A program made the position numbers and the translations under genes. From contig CM114271.1 in NCBI GenBank assembly GCA_050084515.1, forward strand, positions 4,464,001 through 4,528,000: 64,000 bases of DNA. The letters are read 5' to 3'. The DNA is from Blasia pusilla. Its lineage: Eukaryota. This document shows, piece by piece, positions 12,573 through 25,029 of this stretch. The notes under the pieces were generated by a model that did not search any database, had not been told where the DNA came from, and saw only the letters and a list, made by a program, of their open reading frames with translations. Positions within the stretch are counted from its first letter, which is position 1, and the number at the start of each line of letters is the position of its first letter.

Positions 12573-15315
12573 GCTCCCACGTGGAAGTCACCAAAGTACC
12601 ACTGGTGATGTAGAAGGTGGTGACTAATTCTAGTTGCCCCTCAAAGTCTCTGGTTGGGTTGTCTTCAAAAAATTGTTGTCAGGTCCTCCAAAAGCCAAAA
12701 GTGTGAGATTCGTGCAAATTCAGCAGGATCTGGCCCTCATCCAGGAATGACTTCACCTGATTTATAATCCCCAATCCCTGGGGCAAGTCTTTGACCAATT
12801 GGAGGGTTTATTCCCCCGACTTCATATCCTTGGTTAGCATGTCCCACGACCATCATCATCCATGTTTTCACCAAAGTGGAAGGTGAGCACAAGTAACCAT
12901 TCACACACCCCCATAGTTCTTCGTGGGAAGAATTGGTTTCCCAAGAAGATCTGCTTCTTTCTGTTTCGGAAAGATAATATTAGCATCTAGTCCTTCGGTA
13001 CAGACTTCTGTGCTCACAAAAATCATGTCCAATTGCCTCCTCAAACCATATGTCCCGAGTTGGTTCATAAGCTCTCCACAACCATTTCCTGCAAAAAAAA
13101 CAAAAACGAGTACCTGACTCAGATACAGAAAGTCCAAAACCTATTCCGGTTACAGTTTTGTAGTTAGGTACACATGGGACTATGGTGAATCAACTGACTC
13201 CCTTATCAGGACAACTACCTGAAAATGTGGACAAGAGAGTACTCTGGGCATATCATTCTGGCAGAAAGTTTGAAAGACGGACAAAAATTATCAGACTCGT
13301 CAACAGAAGAGACTAAAACTGCAAACAATATCATCGAAGCTTCCACTTCCTGAGCTCATTCAACAAAGGTGGTCCCTCAGCAATTCGCCACAATTTCATT
13401 GGAATCCCGTGACATGAAATATTCTTAGGCAGCGAGCCACATTCGGAACCTCACAATCTAAAGCTCGGACAGTTGCTAAAATGTCTCGAAATGTATTCAG
13501 CTCTCCTCAGACAGGTGAAAACTGTCCCCCAACATCCTTTTATCGGGGTGGAAGGATTTTCTCAGGGGTCGTACAGATACTGCCAAGAGACACGTTCCTA
13601 CAAAGTTCACGAACGTTGAAGGATGCAGTAGGTCCCCAACAGGCACTAAATTTCATCTGTTTGTAAGCTGCGAACTTCAACAGGAAAGTATGTCTAGCTA
13701 GGCGCAGTTCAGACACAGATACGTGAAAGGAAGACTTCAAATCTCAAAAGACCTCCCAGACTCAACGTGCATATATTTGGTGGGTCAACTCACAGTCGCG
13801 GTATTACACAGATTGTGACTTCGAACTCACGGTATCCATCTCAACTTGTGAGTTAAGGTGCTTGGGCCTAACGTTTTGTATGCCACTAAACATTGGCACG
13901 AAACTTCCTCAGGACAATTACGTGTAGAGGTCATCCAGCTCTACTCTCGATTTCACACAAACACAGTTGGATCCACGTTCATTCGAATGTGTGCGTTTAG
14001 TTCATTACATGATGGTTTGCAATCGTTCATACCATTACGAGATACGTACTACTACACCATAGACGGCTTTTCAAGCAAAATTTACTTACAACCACAACAA
14101 CGTTCAATTTAATCAACGAGGAGGCCAATCAGCCCGAGAAACATTGTTGATCCTGCTCTCCAACTGAAATGTCTGTGGGACCTTGGGGATGAATTGATTG
14201 ACTACGCACAGCGCCGAGCAAGAGCTGGTAAGAATTTCATTTCGAACGAACGGCGACGCAGGTGTGACCTACGAACTTTGAGACAGTGTATGAAACCAGC
14301 GTGTTGAACGCAATTCTAATTCTGCATTCAATGATCCATCCAATAGTCCACTTAACTAGAATAAAGAAGAACTACACAAAAAGGATCGCAACGAGGATTA
14401 AACTTGTTTCCCGAGAGAGCGGCAATGCAATGTTCATCCACCCGAAAAACGACCACAGGCTAATGGACTCGTTCGTCCACTTGCAACACGTATGGTCAGA
14501 GCAGCTGTTCGATGCTAAATATGTTACACAAGCAGAGGACAATAAACCAGACTACGTCGGAGTACGAGAAAGGAAGGAAAAGAAGTCCTCGTTTGAAAAC
14601 ATCTCCTAAAACGTCTATGAAATAAGAAATACTCACAGAAACTTTTCATCCACTCGACCACCCTGTTCCAATACCCTACACAACTCAGCTCCTCAGCTGC
14701 TCAAGTCAATATCACATGTGCACCCGAGCCTGCAACACAGAAACGTGAACTACACTCCTCCTGTCCGTGAACCCTCGTATCCGGCTTCACGTCTCCGGTC
14801 CCCTCGGCTCTGCACTCTGATCGGTACCACCCCACCCCGTCGACAGAAACGGAGTCTTCAACCTTACATGACCGATCTCAATCCAACCACAGTCGCTCTT
14901 CCATCCTCCTCCCGCAGATTCTTCGTCCGGCAAGCCTCGTATTCTTTTAATAAACCTACAATGCCTTCCTTCATTCATGCGTCGCACGCACAGTGCTAGC
15001 ACCACCCCCGTCTCTCTCTCTCCCTCTTTGCGATGCCAAATTTTTTTTTTCGCTCAATCGACCACCGTGGGCCCCTACTACGCAGATTAACGTCATCACT
15101 CCACGAAAATCGCTCTGCCAGACCGTGAGAGCGACCAATTTCCCCGCTCACTCAACAATCAACAAGTGCCGGATGCAAAGGGCGAGGAGAGCGTTCACGG
15201 ATTGATTCACCGCTCGAGTATCTGTCAGCTCCGGGAGTCCAGGGAGAGCATCGAGGAGGAATCGGAACCCGAATATCTTCATAGCGCACTTCCCGAGGTC
15301 ACAACCTACGAGTTT

Positions 15316-15950
15316 ACTTAGCGTAGCACGTTTTATATTAACTGCGGACTAAGTCGAGCGTAGCGCGGTTCATACGAAGTCCGGACTAAGATAAGCGGAG
15401 CGCGGTTAATACTAAGTCTGGACTAAGTGAAGCGGAGCGCGGTCAAAACTAAGTCTGGACTAACTTAAGCGGAGCGCGGTTAAAACTAAGTCTGGAATAA
15501 CTTAAGCGGAGCGCGGTTAATACTAAGTCCAGACTAACTGAAGTGCAGCAGGGTTAGTATTAAGTCCGGACTAAGTTGAGCGTGGCGCGGTTAATACTAA
15601 GTCCGGAGTAGGTTAAGCCGAGCGCGGTTAATACTCGAGTAAGTTAAGCGGAGCGCGGTTAATACTAAGTCCGGACTAAGTTCCGCGTAGCAGGGTTAGT
15701 ACTAAGTCCGGACTCAGTTAAGCGTAGCGTGGTTACTACTTAGTCCGGAGTAGGTTAAGCGGAGCGCGGTTAACACCAAGTCCGGAGTAGGTTAAGAAAA
15801 GCGCGGTTAATACTGAGTCCGGAGTAAGTTAAGCGGATCGCGGTTACTACGAAGTCCGGACTAAGTTAAGCACAGTGCGGATAGTACTAAGTTGGGACTA
15901 AGTTACGCGGAGCGCGGTTTATACTCAGTCCGGACTGAGGTTAATACTCT
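15316..15950. repeat. 37-bp CpG-rich tandem repeat array (~17 copies)
   Basis: Consensus ACTAAGTCCGGACTAAGTTAAGCGGAGCGCGGTTAAT. GCGCGGT recurs at 15363, 15400, 15437 and 15474 (period 37). Each unit contains the palindrome AGTCCGGACT. Confidence 0.93.
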
Positions 15951-16555
15951 GACTAATAACTTAGTTGCGACCTGTGGCACACATAGCGCTGTGATTCTGT
16001 AGGCATCTGTAATAATATGCGCTTTACCTGGTGGTGCAGATGGAGTATCTATCTAGGCTGCAGGGAATCATTCTCCGTAGGTTACATTTATATTTGGCTG
16101 GCTTTTGCCATGTGGGCCCAGCTCCAAGCCTTCTGGGTGCCATGTTATAATTGCCGAACCTAAGGCGTGGAGATCTGTCGTTCGGTAAGTGATGTGGGCC
16201 CCGGCTCCCTGGCTGCTGGACGTCCACCTGGGTGACACGTTATCTTGTGCCGAACCTAAGCCATGGATATCATTCGTTCGGCAGCATTTACCTTCTCCTA
16301 TTTGGTATGTAGTTTTTCTCATTTTAAAGTTTTTTAACAATAGGGGGTGTCAAAGGTCCTCCTAATAGGGGATTCTTGGGCACCTTGAATTGTCCAAGTA
16401 GGGCTTTTGAGTGCTCGTAAATGGGTAGTTTCTCAACTTCTCGTTTTGGTACTTCCCAAGGTTCCGAATTCCCCGCTCCTCCTTTTTCCATCTAGTTTCT
16501 GGTCATAAGTGCGAGGGTGTGCGATTGAGAAGTATTTCTAGATTCTTCAATGTGT

Positions 16556-17198
16556 TGTCGTTGCGCATACACATCGTTACACAACTTATATCGTTGTCAT
16601 CGAACACACACATAAACACACACAATCCCATGTTAACTCATGGCATCCATACACAGAGGCGAGAAGTACCAAAATATCTCCAATTAAAGTAGGATCCAAT
16701 CTCTCTCTACATCATCTCACACCATAGTTCTCAAAGGTGTGCACTCTCTCTCATGTCAAACCAAACCGACTCTCCTAATGAAACGCTTGGCTTACACTCA
16801 CAAGGCAAGGGACCATAGCTCCGCCGCCTCATGCCAAGAGGTTCAACAAAGAGAGAATGAGCTCTCAAGCTCTCTCTCCTTGAGGTATACCCCTCCCCTC
16901 TCCCAAGCTCTCTCCATGGTAACCTATTCTCCCAAGTCACCTCCTTGGCTTTTGACCTGATGTAGGAGGTCAAGAATCAATTACCAAAAATAGAAAGTCG
17001 ATCATTTAATCAACATGATATTTACCTCAAATAGTAAGTTTCTCAATATGGCTCCAAATGAGCCGAAACCAAGGGGAAATCTGCTCTCTCAGGTTTCCCC
17101 GGGCCTCAACAAGTCATCCTCGACCTCTTGGGTCTGTCCTCCACTACTCGTGCAGACGCTCTACTAGATCCCACCGATCTATCCTAATATTTGTGATA
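16556..17198 (-). mobile_element. LTR-like sequence (~640 bp) of the PHD-bearing retrotransposon family
   Basis: Its reverse complement aligns over long blocks with 26589-27179 (e.g. CATTCTCTCTTTGTTGAACCTCTTGGCAT; TTTGGTTTGACATGAGAGAGAG). On the minus strand it starts TATCACA and ends ...GCAACGACA. Confidence 0.7.
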
Positions 17199-17200
17199 GC

Positions 17201-18055
17201 TGTCGTGCGCATACACATCGCTACACAACATACATCGTTGTCATCGAACACACACGATCCCATGTTAACTCACGGCATCCATACACAGAGGCGAGAAGTA
17301 CCAAAATATCTCCAATCACCCCCCTAGCTGGTGGTTAGGTCCCTCTAACTCCAGATAGCCATCTATCCCTACCTACCATGACATACATCTCTAGGGTGCT
17401 AAGAGCATAAAGGTCGGGTGCTCATGTGGCCCCATCGTTAGTCGCCTTCCTATCATCCATGTCACAGAAAAAGTCGGAATCAAAACCTACCTAGTATCTC
17501 CTCTATGTACATCTGGGACACATCCATCGTCCTCGAGGAACCTTAGTGAGAGGTGGCGTCATACATGCCATATGCCAACCTCTCAAACATCCATCATAGA
17601 CTAGCATCGTGGCCGCACCACGAGCAGAACCACACAACATATAACGCAAGCGTGCAGGAACTACTGTTGAGCTCGGATCTACTATACCATCAATGTTAGG
17701 AAGATGACATGACGCACAATTATGCTTATGGTCCTTCCATACCATACCATCGCGTCCCTCCAACAAGAGAACACCAGAGGGCAAAACGTCACACACTCTC
17801 AGAATAGTGCGCCCTACAGTCACATCCAACGTCGGTGTCGTATGCTACAAGTAGACATAATCTCCTTGATGAAACCTCCGGATAGTTGGTCGATAACCAC
17901 CACCCCGAATAGTCGCATACCTCAACGTATCCCGATGCTGCGCAATCGCCAAGTTCTCGAACGCCATGGGCATCACTCTCCAAAATAACTCAGCCCTCTG
18001 AGAACAAGCTCGCATCCATTCATTTGGGTCATCAAGGTCCATGACCTCACCAGCA
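17201..18055 (-). mobile_element. Truncated second copy of the retrotransposon: integrase C-terminus + PHD finger, PPT and partial LTR
   Basis: ORFs 17845..18042 and 17503..17829 are closely similar to ORF 24239..24793 (RVMPMAFENLAIAQHRDTLRYAT; RGWHMACMTPPL..VP.GRWMCPRC). A G-rich PPT-like tract lies at ~17318-17326, followed by the last ~115 bp of the LTR. Confidence 0.88.
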
Positions 18056-18488
18056 TATCGACGACCTCACCATTATCTCGGCTTTCTCTCATTCAAAATT
18101 AGTAAAAATTCTCATTATTTTTGGCTAATCTTGCAAACAAAAAAATGAAGGTTGTATATTGAGAGTGAGCTCTATTAACATGCAATAGAAGTAAAACCAA
18201 CTTTTGTTACTTTGAGTTTGTTTTGTGAATCCTCTAAGAATGTCAGAAAAAAAGACCCCATTTGGTTTGCAATAAAATTGTAGACTGTGAGTGAAGTACA
18301 ATATTTAGCAAGTTACCAGCTCTTAAATTTGTGAGTATCTTTCGTGTAATCTAAGAGTACTTGGAGAGTCTTGAGACTTGTGAAATGGGTACATTTCTAG
18401 TAGGGAATGCTATCATTATCTTCGTCACTATCATACACCATATATAGTCTAAGGGCATCTCTACTCCACTATACATAGTGAATAGTTG

Positions 18489-21400
18489 TGTCACATCTGA
18501 GTAGCCGATAGGTCAAGATCTATCATGGATAGGGCATAGGAGCCAGCGGACTATCTTGAGTGTAACTTTGTCCCGTAGTGTCGGATGAGGTTGAGGATAG
18601 GTCCGTTGTGTCAGGAACGTCGTTTCTGACAACTTTCCTCTTGGGGTCTTTCACAACCGGGTGACTTATTGAGCAAGTCACCCGCCCTTGGTAACCTATG
18701 GGCATAGGTTATCACAAGGATAGCTATTTTTTAGGGGAAGAGCCTTTTGGCTCTTCCCAACCCTATATAAGGAAGGAAGATGGCTTTCCCAAGCCATCTT
18801 TCTCATGTTGGGCCGTTGGAGTACCATTCTTGCTCGCGTGTGTGAGTTAGAACTAGGTGCTAGAGTCTGGATTCCTTGATAGCACATGGTGGACAAGGCT
18901 CGATATGCCGATGTAGATTGAGGAGTGGAGTTTTAGGTTGGGTGTGCCGGTTTTACTACTCTTTATTTTTACATGAGAAAGATGTCAGGGGACTTGTGGA
19001 AATTTGTTGTTTGCATGTAGGCAAGCGAGTTGCCTCGGTCGGGAGCTCCTAGAGATGCGTGTGTTGCGGCCGTTGGTCAATTTTATGTTCGGAAGGCCGT
19101 GGGCAGAAGTGCTATCCATTTTTCTCAGATTTTGCTGGTGGAGGTTTACGAGGGAGAACAACAAAGTGGGGGTCACGCAAGAGCGCTCGGGTGCAGCGCA
19201 GAATGTTGGAGCGTCGAGAGAACGGCGCACAGCGGGAGCGTAGAAAGAAGACAGTGAGAGCTTGTAGGCCAACCCCTTGGCCCCCTTTTTCCCTTACGTA
19301 GTTGCAAGCGCCGTGGTCGGCGCCTTCTCGCCGTGGAGGGGCGGATGTGGTAGGGGTAGGGCGGTGGACATAGTTGGATGACAAGTTAGAGGCGCGGGTG
19401 ACGTGATAGACGGTCTGACATGGTTGAGTTTGGCCGGGGTTGAGTTGAGGTTACAAGGTGCGTCTAGGGATGGGCGGAGAGATTTTCAAGACGTGATGTT
19501 TCTCGAGCGTGGCGGGGATTTGAGAGGATTCTAATGGAGACATACACGCCAATGCTGATGGGAGGTTTGACGTGTTGGTCGAGGAGAGTGTTGTGTTGCG
19601 GAGGTTGTCATATCACATGGAGGAGTGGATGTTGACGGTGCCGTAGGTTGGAGGGCACAATCAGGTTATCCATTCGAGTCCCTTTTCCCGCACTTATCTT
19701 ATGTGATTGAGAGGGCTGGATGTCGTGTAGTTGTTGGGGCTAGATGCGTGTAGCGATGGTGACAAGTCTAGTCTCCATGTATGTGTAGCATGTTGATATA
19801 CGGAGGTTGCCAAGTAGGGATCACGTGTATGACCCAAGAGTATCAGTGGTTTAGGTGAATTAGTTGGGAGGCTCATGGTGAGCCCGAGTGTTGAGTGTGA
19901 GTGAGGTCGGGTGTGTCGTCACGGGATTACCATTAGTGTCGGTGAGCTGGTGAGGAGTGTGGCAGACGGAGGAGTGTCACTTGGCATGAGATGGACGACA
20001 TGGGCCATCGGGGCATGCGTTGTTTCTTGGATACAGTGGGCACCATTAGCTTAGATGATTTTATCTATGAGTTCAAGACGTGGTGCGACTTCCAGAAGAT
20101 ACGGACCCCGACACGGTTCAACCCTTTCATAACATGGAAGGGGTTGTTCCAGCACTTGGAGGGTCCTCTGATGGATGACTATATGGATTTTTGATCATTG
20201 TATTTAGTAGAGATCGATGCTTGGAGGATGTATTGGGCTCTAGGGTATGTATCCACTAGTGGTCGCAAGGCATATGATGGGATCGTGAGAGGAGAGAGAC
20301 CCACACCATCAACCCGGAGACTAGATGGAGAGGAGGCCAATGAGACAAGTGATGTGGCAGAGACCTCTGGTGGTAAAGGGCCACCCAGCTTTAGTTCCAT
20401 AGTGGAGTTCTTCCGAAAGTTGGGGACGAGCTACCAGAGCGTATGCACCGACAAGATGAAGAGTCTACAAGATTTTCAGTGACGATCGGGTGAGATTCTG
20501 AGAGAGGCATTCACCCGCATGAGGAGGTTGATCATTGCTACTTATGGAGTGACTGAAGCGCAGTCAATCTAGTATTGGTACAGGGTTCTGAACCGAGAAC
20601 TACGGAGGAGAGTCCGAGATGCAGTGCTGACTCACATAGCAAAGCCCACATTGAAGGTGGTCTTCGAGTTGTCAGCGTGTATTGAGCTCAACATGAGTGA
20701 GGAGCATGTAGTGACCGCTGGATTTTCTCGAGAGTCAACAAGTCCACGAGCGACGGTGATCCCATAAGTGCCACAGCAAGCACCAGTACCACGGGAGCGG
20801 GCCAATGTGCCTAGAGAGCAGGGCGGGTACCGTGAGCCTATGAGGCAACGACCCGTACCTACATATGTTGCCCAACAGGGACCAATGTTGTCTTGTTGGA
20901 GGTGTGGAGGGGACCATAGGCAGAGAGACTGCACACAGCATGGGAGAGGACCACGAGCGCCTGTGATTGCTCGGGATCCACAGAGGATGGCCCCACCATA
21001 GTACCACTGTGACTATTGCCACAGATATGGTCACACTAGGGATAGATGTTTTGACCTTTGTGGAGAGGCACGTCTAGAGGTAGGCCGATGGCCTGGGGGC
21101 GGTCGTCTTGGAGGAAGTTGGGGAGTTGTTCCTGGACATGGTGGTAGAGGACCACCACCAGCCAGAGGAGATTCAGCATGAGCACCAGAGCCGGCACTTC
21201 TCTCACGCATCGATCAGTTGGAGCAGAGGATTTCTGCCATGACGATGATGCATCTCAGGGAAGGCACGGAGCCGCGAGCAACTAGTGTGGCTCCAGCTTC
21301 TACCTCTCACCCTGACTCGGGTGAGGATCTGCTAGTATGGGGTTTATGTGTAATGCAGCTTAGGTTGAGGCTGATGCAGTGGTGATTTCGAGTGTTACGA

Positions 21401-24400
21401 GAGGCAGTGAGCCATCGAGAGGTGGAGTTGAGATTGACCGAGCGAGGAGACCGATGGGCAGCAGGCCAGGGTTCCAAAGTCATTCACATTGTCGAAGGCA
21501 CTACACACACCGTCGATGGTGCCTTGACAACCACCGGTGCCTACAAGTGAGGCGGGTGCGTCAACGTCACAAGAAGTTTGAGTGATAACTCCTATGTGGG
21601 CTTGAGGGGAGTCAATGTCGACCACAGTGTTGGAGGTGGCCACCAGAGTGAGCCAGACTCCGATATTTTCTGCCATAGAATTGGCAACGTTGGGAGTTGG
21701 ACCAGTTGAGGTGTTCTAACTGGCCACCATGTTGTGTGATCGTGGAGAGATGACTGCCTCTTGTTCAGAGGTAGTTGAGGAGGTGGTGGACTTGCCCTTG
21801 AAGCAGGTACTCGAGACGTCCCCCACAGAGTCATGGCATGCGGCGGCGGCGGCGAAGTTGGTAGATATTCTAGCTTGACCGGCCATAGAGCGAGAAATGG
21901 TGACAACTAGCATAGTGTTATTGGATAACCGAGCTTGAGTATTTCGCTTAGTTAGTCCGACGGGGACAACTTACCACCTGCAGCGCGTCCTACTTGATTC
22001 GGGAGCGCAACCCTTGATGTTAGGGAAGGCAGCATGTTTAGCGTTGGGGTTACGGAAGGCCGACATTGAGCCTTGTCCCTTCCAAATACAGTCCTCGATT
22101 GGGGGCGTATCGCCCATGTAGTATATGACTCGACACGAGATAGTTGTCAGAGTCCAGCCAGAGCATATGACGGATAGTGCTATGGTGCGCACACGTGCGA
22201 TTACGACACCAGCTGAGTCGTACAATGTGTTGGTGTGGGAATACAGTGTTATATCCCCTAGGATTCATCCTTGACTTATAGGAGGAGACCGTTGCTTATT
22301 GGCCAGGGTGGCGGTCAGGTGATGGGCGGATGAGTCAGTTACCCGCGCAGTTTGCGGGACAAGATGGTCGATCACGAGACGAGTCCGTGACCACGTTGGC
22401 AACTTTCACATATATTGTTAGCTGGCCAGGAGAGTTGTTGGAGGGGAACGCACATACGGAGGATGTCCCAATAGCGGCTAGTCCCACGGAGAGACATGCC
22501 ATGGCGGGTGTCTCTTCCCATGTTGGCGAGACCTCTTCACCATTGTGGGGTACAACTCGAGAGCTACAGAGGAGTGTCGACGACCTTGTAACGCAGGCGT
22601 GGAGTCATGCCTTTATCCTAGAGTAGTGAGAGTCAGGTGGCAATCGGGCCCCTGGAGTGGAGATGTTGACCTCATTGGATACCACACCCATTGTGTGGCA
22701 GTGTCCAGACAAGGGTGTTAGATCTCTTCAGAGGGATTAGCACCGGATTGGCTGCGATATTGCAGGCAGGCATACAGGTGCATCGGTACCTTTATGTGGA
22801 GAGAGATGAGACCGCGTGGCGAGTATCAATATGTCACATGGCAAGATTGGTCCGAAGGTATCATGAGTTGTTGCTGGTATCAACGGTACGGGGATATCAG
22901 CATACACTACGCGCCAACATCTCTTTGGTGGGGACGCAAGATCTGGATAGAGTTGAGGCCATTCATTTGGTGATTTTTGGATGACCATGTCAGGGTCATT
23001 CACACTTATCACTGATCATCAACCGTTGAGGTGGTTGATGGAGTCGGACAAGCTTACGGGAAAGCTTGCCAGATGGGCTCTATTACTACATGAGTATGAG
23101 TTCAAGGTGGTTCACATGCGAGGTTGGCTGAACCAAGATGCGGATGGGTTGAGTCGTAACCCATGTCTGAGTCAGAGAGATGACATAGGAGCTCAATGGC
23201 ACGGAGAGAGTGATGAAGAGATGATGCCCGGTTGGCATATATGCATCTGCCTATCTTTGTTGGTTGACTATGGTATGTCAGCTACATGTGATGACTCTAG
23301 TGGTGGGGTCGGATGATGAGTCTTTGGATCCGGAGGTTAGTGAGAAGGCGACATGTGGTCATGATATCCATGACGATGTGGAGGTTGTGGAGTTCTTGCG
23401 CATTGGCATCATAGCGAGCATAGTGAGTGCTAGGGAACGGAATCGGATCCTAAAGAGAGCCAGGAGGTTCAGGTGGGAGGGGACTCACATTTTGCAGGTA
23501 TGGGGAGATGGTAGGATACAAGTGGTACCTCATCCTTCCTAGCGAGCACGTGTACTGCAACATGTCCATGAGGAGTTGGGGCATTTTGGAATAAAGCATA
23601 CTTACAGCTTACTCCAGGTTCAGTATCGATGGCGCGGTAGTATAGCAGTTTGTGGCCAAATGTATGGTATGTGATAGAGTTCGAGCATCCTTCAATGCTC
23701 CCACTCTGTAGTTACATCCTTTTTCAATTATGGGTTAGGTTATCGGTGGAGTTTAGACTTTGCGGGACCTTTGCCATTGACGGGGCGTCATCATAGATAC
23801 GTGTTGGTCATGGTAGAGCATTTCTCCAAGTGGATAGAGTTGGTGGCACTATCGGACAAGGCGAGCAAGGGAATAGCTTATGCGTTTCTAGATCGTGTGC
23901 TTAGTCACTTTGGTATATCGGCGGAGGTGTTGACTGACCAGGGTATTGAGTTCAGGGGAGATTTTCAGGCCTTGTGTGATTAGACGTTGATAGATCACCA
24001 CACCACGTCCATAGATCATCCTGAGGTGGATGGGTTGGTGGAGAGAGTAGTACAAACGGTGAAGGGAGGATTGCGCAAGTATGGCTTGCAGCAGGGACAA
24101 TTAAGGGAGTGAGACCTACAGTTACCATGGTTGGCTATGGGTTATCGCTTTAGTCGGTAGGCATCCTTGGCGTCATTTTCACCATACTTTTTGCTCTTTG
24201 GGAGAGAGCCAACTTTACCTACAACTATTTGAGGTGACATGGTGGAAGTGTTAGATCTTGATGATCCAGATGTGTGGGTACAAGCGTGTTCTCAAAGGGC
24301 GGAGATTTTTTGTAGAGTTATGCCTATGGCCTTTGAGAACTTAGCTATTGCTCAGCATAGAGATACATTGAGGTACGCGACCATTTGTGGAGGAGGTTAT

Positions 24401-25006
24401 CGTCCACGGATTAGGAGGTTTCATCTTGGAGATTACGTGTATTTACAGCAGGCGTTACCCACAACGCTAGATGTCACAACACGGCGTACGATCCTACGTG
24501 TGTGTGAGGTATTATTGACCGGAGTCCTCATGTTGGAGGGACGGGATTGTATGGTTTGGAAGGATCATGTGCGCAATTGTGCACCATATCATCTTTCGAA
24601 CATGGACAGAAGAGTGGAACCGAGCTTGGCAGTGATACTTGCAGGCTTGAGGTGTATGTTGTGGGGATCTACGAGGGGTGAAGCCACCATGTTGGTATGT
24701 GATGGTTCTTCTCGAGGATGGCATATGTCATGTCCGACCCCCCCTTTTGATGTAGTTCCCACAAGACGATGGATGTGTCCGAGATGTGTCTAGGGTAGTA
24801 GGTCATGTCAGGGAGATGTGATATTTTCTATTTGGAGTTAGGGGGATCCAACTACCGGCTAGGGGGGCGGTTGTGTGATCTCCATGTATATGTATGAGTT
24901 GATTTATGGACATGTGTAGATCTACCCGTGTGTGGGAAAGATCGATGTTGTGTGGTGTGGATGTGACCAGTGATGTATGTTGTGTAGCGATGTGTATGTG
25001 CACGAA
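18489..25006 (+). mobile_element. Decayed Ty3/Gypsy-order LTR retrotransposon: gag-protease-C5 DNA methyltransferase-[RT deleted]-RNase H-integrase-PHD
   Basis: Gag-like ORF pieces from ~19991 with two zinc knuckles (CWRCGGDHRQRDC; CDYCHRYGHTRDRC). Protease LLDSGA at 21990. DNMT motifs at 22715-23002. RNase H C-terminus FTLITDHQPLRWL...KLARWALLLHEYEFKVVH. Integrase HEELGHFG, YVLVMVEHFSKWIE and VLTDQGIEF. C-terminal PHD. PPT AGGGGGGCGG at ~24861. Many stops and frameshifts. The left boundary is uncertain. Confidence 0.9.
22715..23002 (+). pseudogene. C5 cytosine DNA methyltransferase domain fragment (motifs I-IV) within retrotransposon pol
   Basis: Motif I VLDLFRGISTG, motif II-like YLYVERD and motif III-like ANISL. 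In the same frame, HLVIFG-TGA-PCQGHS (GGA TGA CCA TGT CAG GGT CAT TCA) corresponds to the catalytic motif IV GxPCQxxS. Confidence 0.85.
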
Positions 25007-25029
25007 AATTGCCTTGTGTAATTGCTGGG

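Noticed and set aside
15316-15950. CRISPR array (37-bp palindromic repeats)
   Set aside because: Units are contiguous with no unique spacers, there are no cas genes, and the context is eukaryotic.
18530-19000. 5' LTR matching the 3' LTR of the large element
   Set aside because: There is a TATA-like TATATAA at ~18764 and TGTCACATC at 18489, but no convincing extended match to 24871-25006 and no clear PBS.
22691-22984. Host DRM/DNMT3 gene or bacterial restriction-modification methylase
   Set aside because: It is intronless, collinear with retroelement pol and decayed like it. There are no host-type flanking domains and no endonuclease partner.
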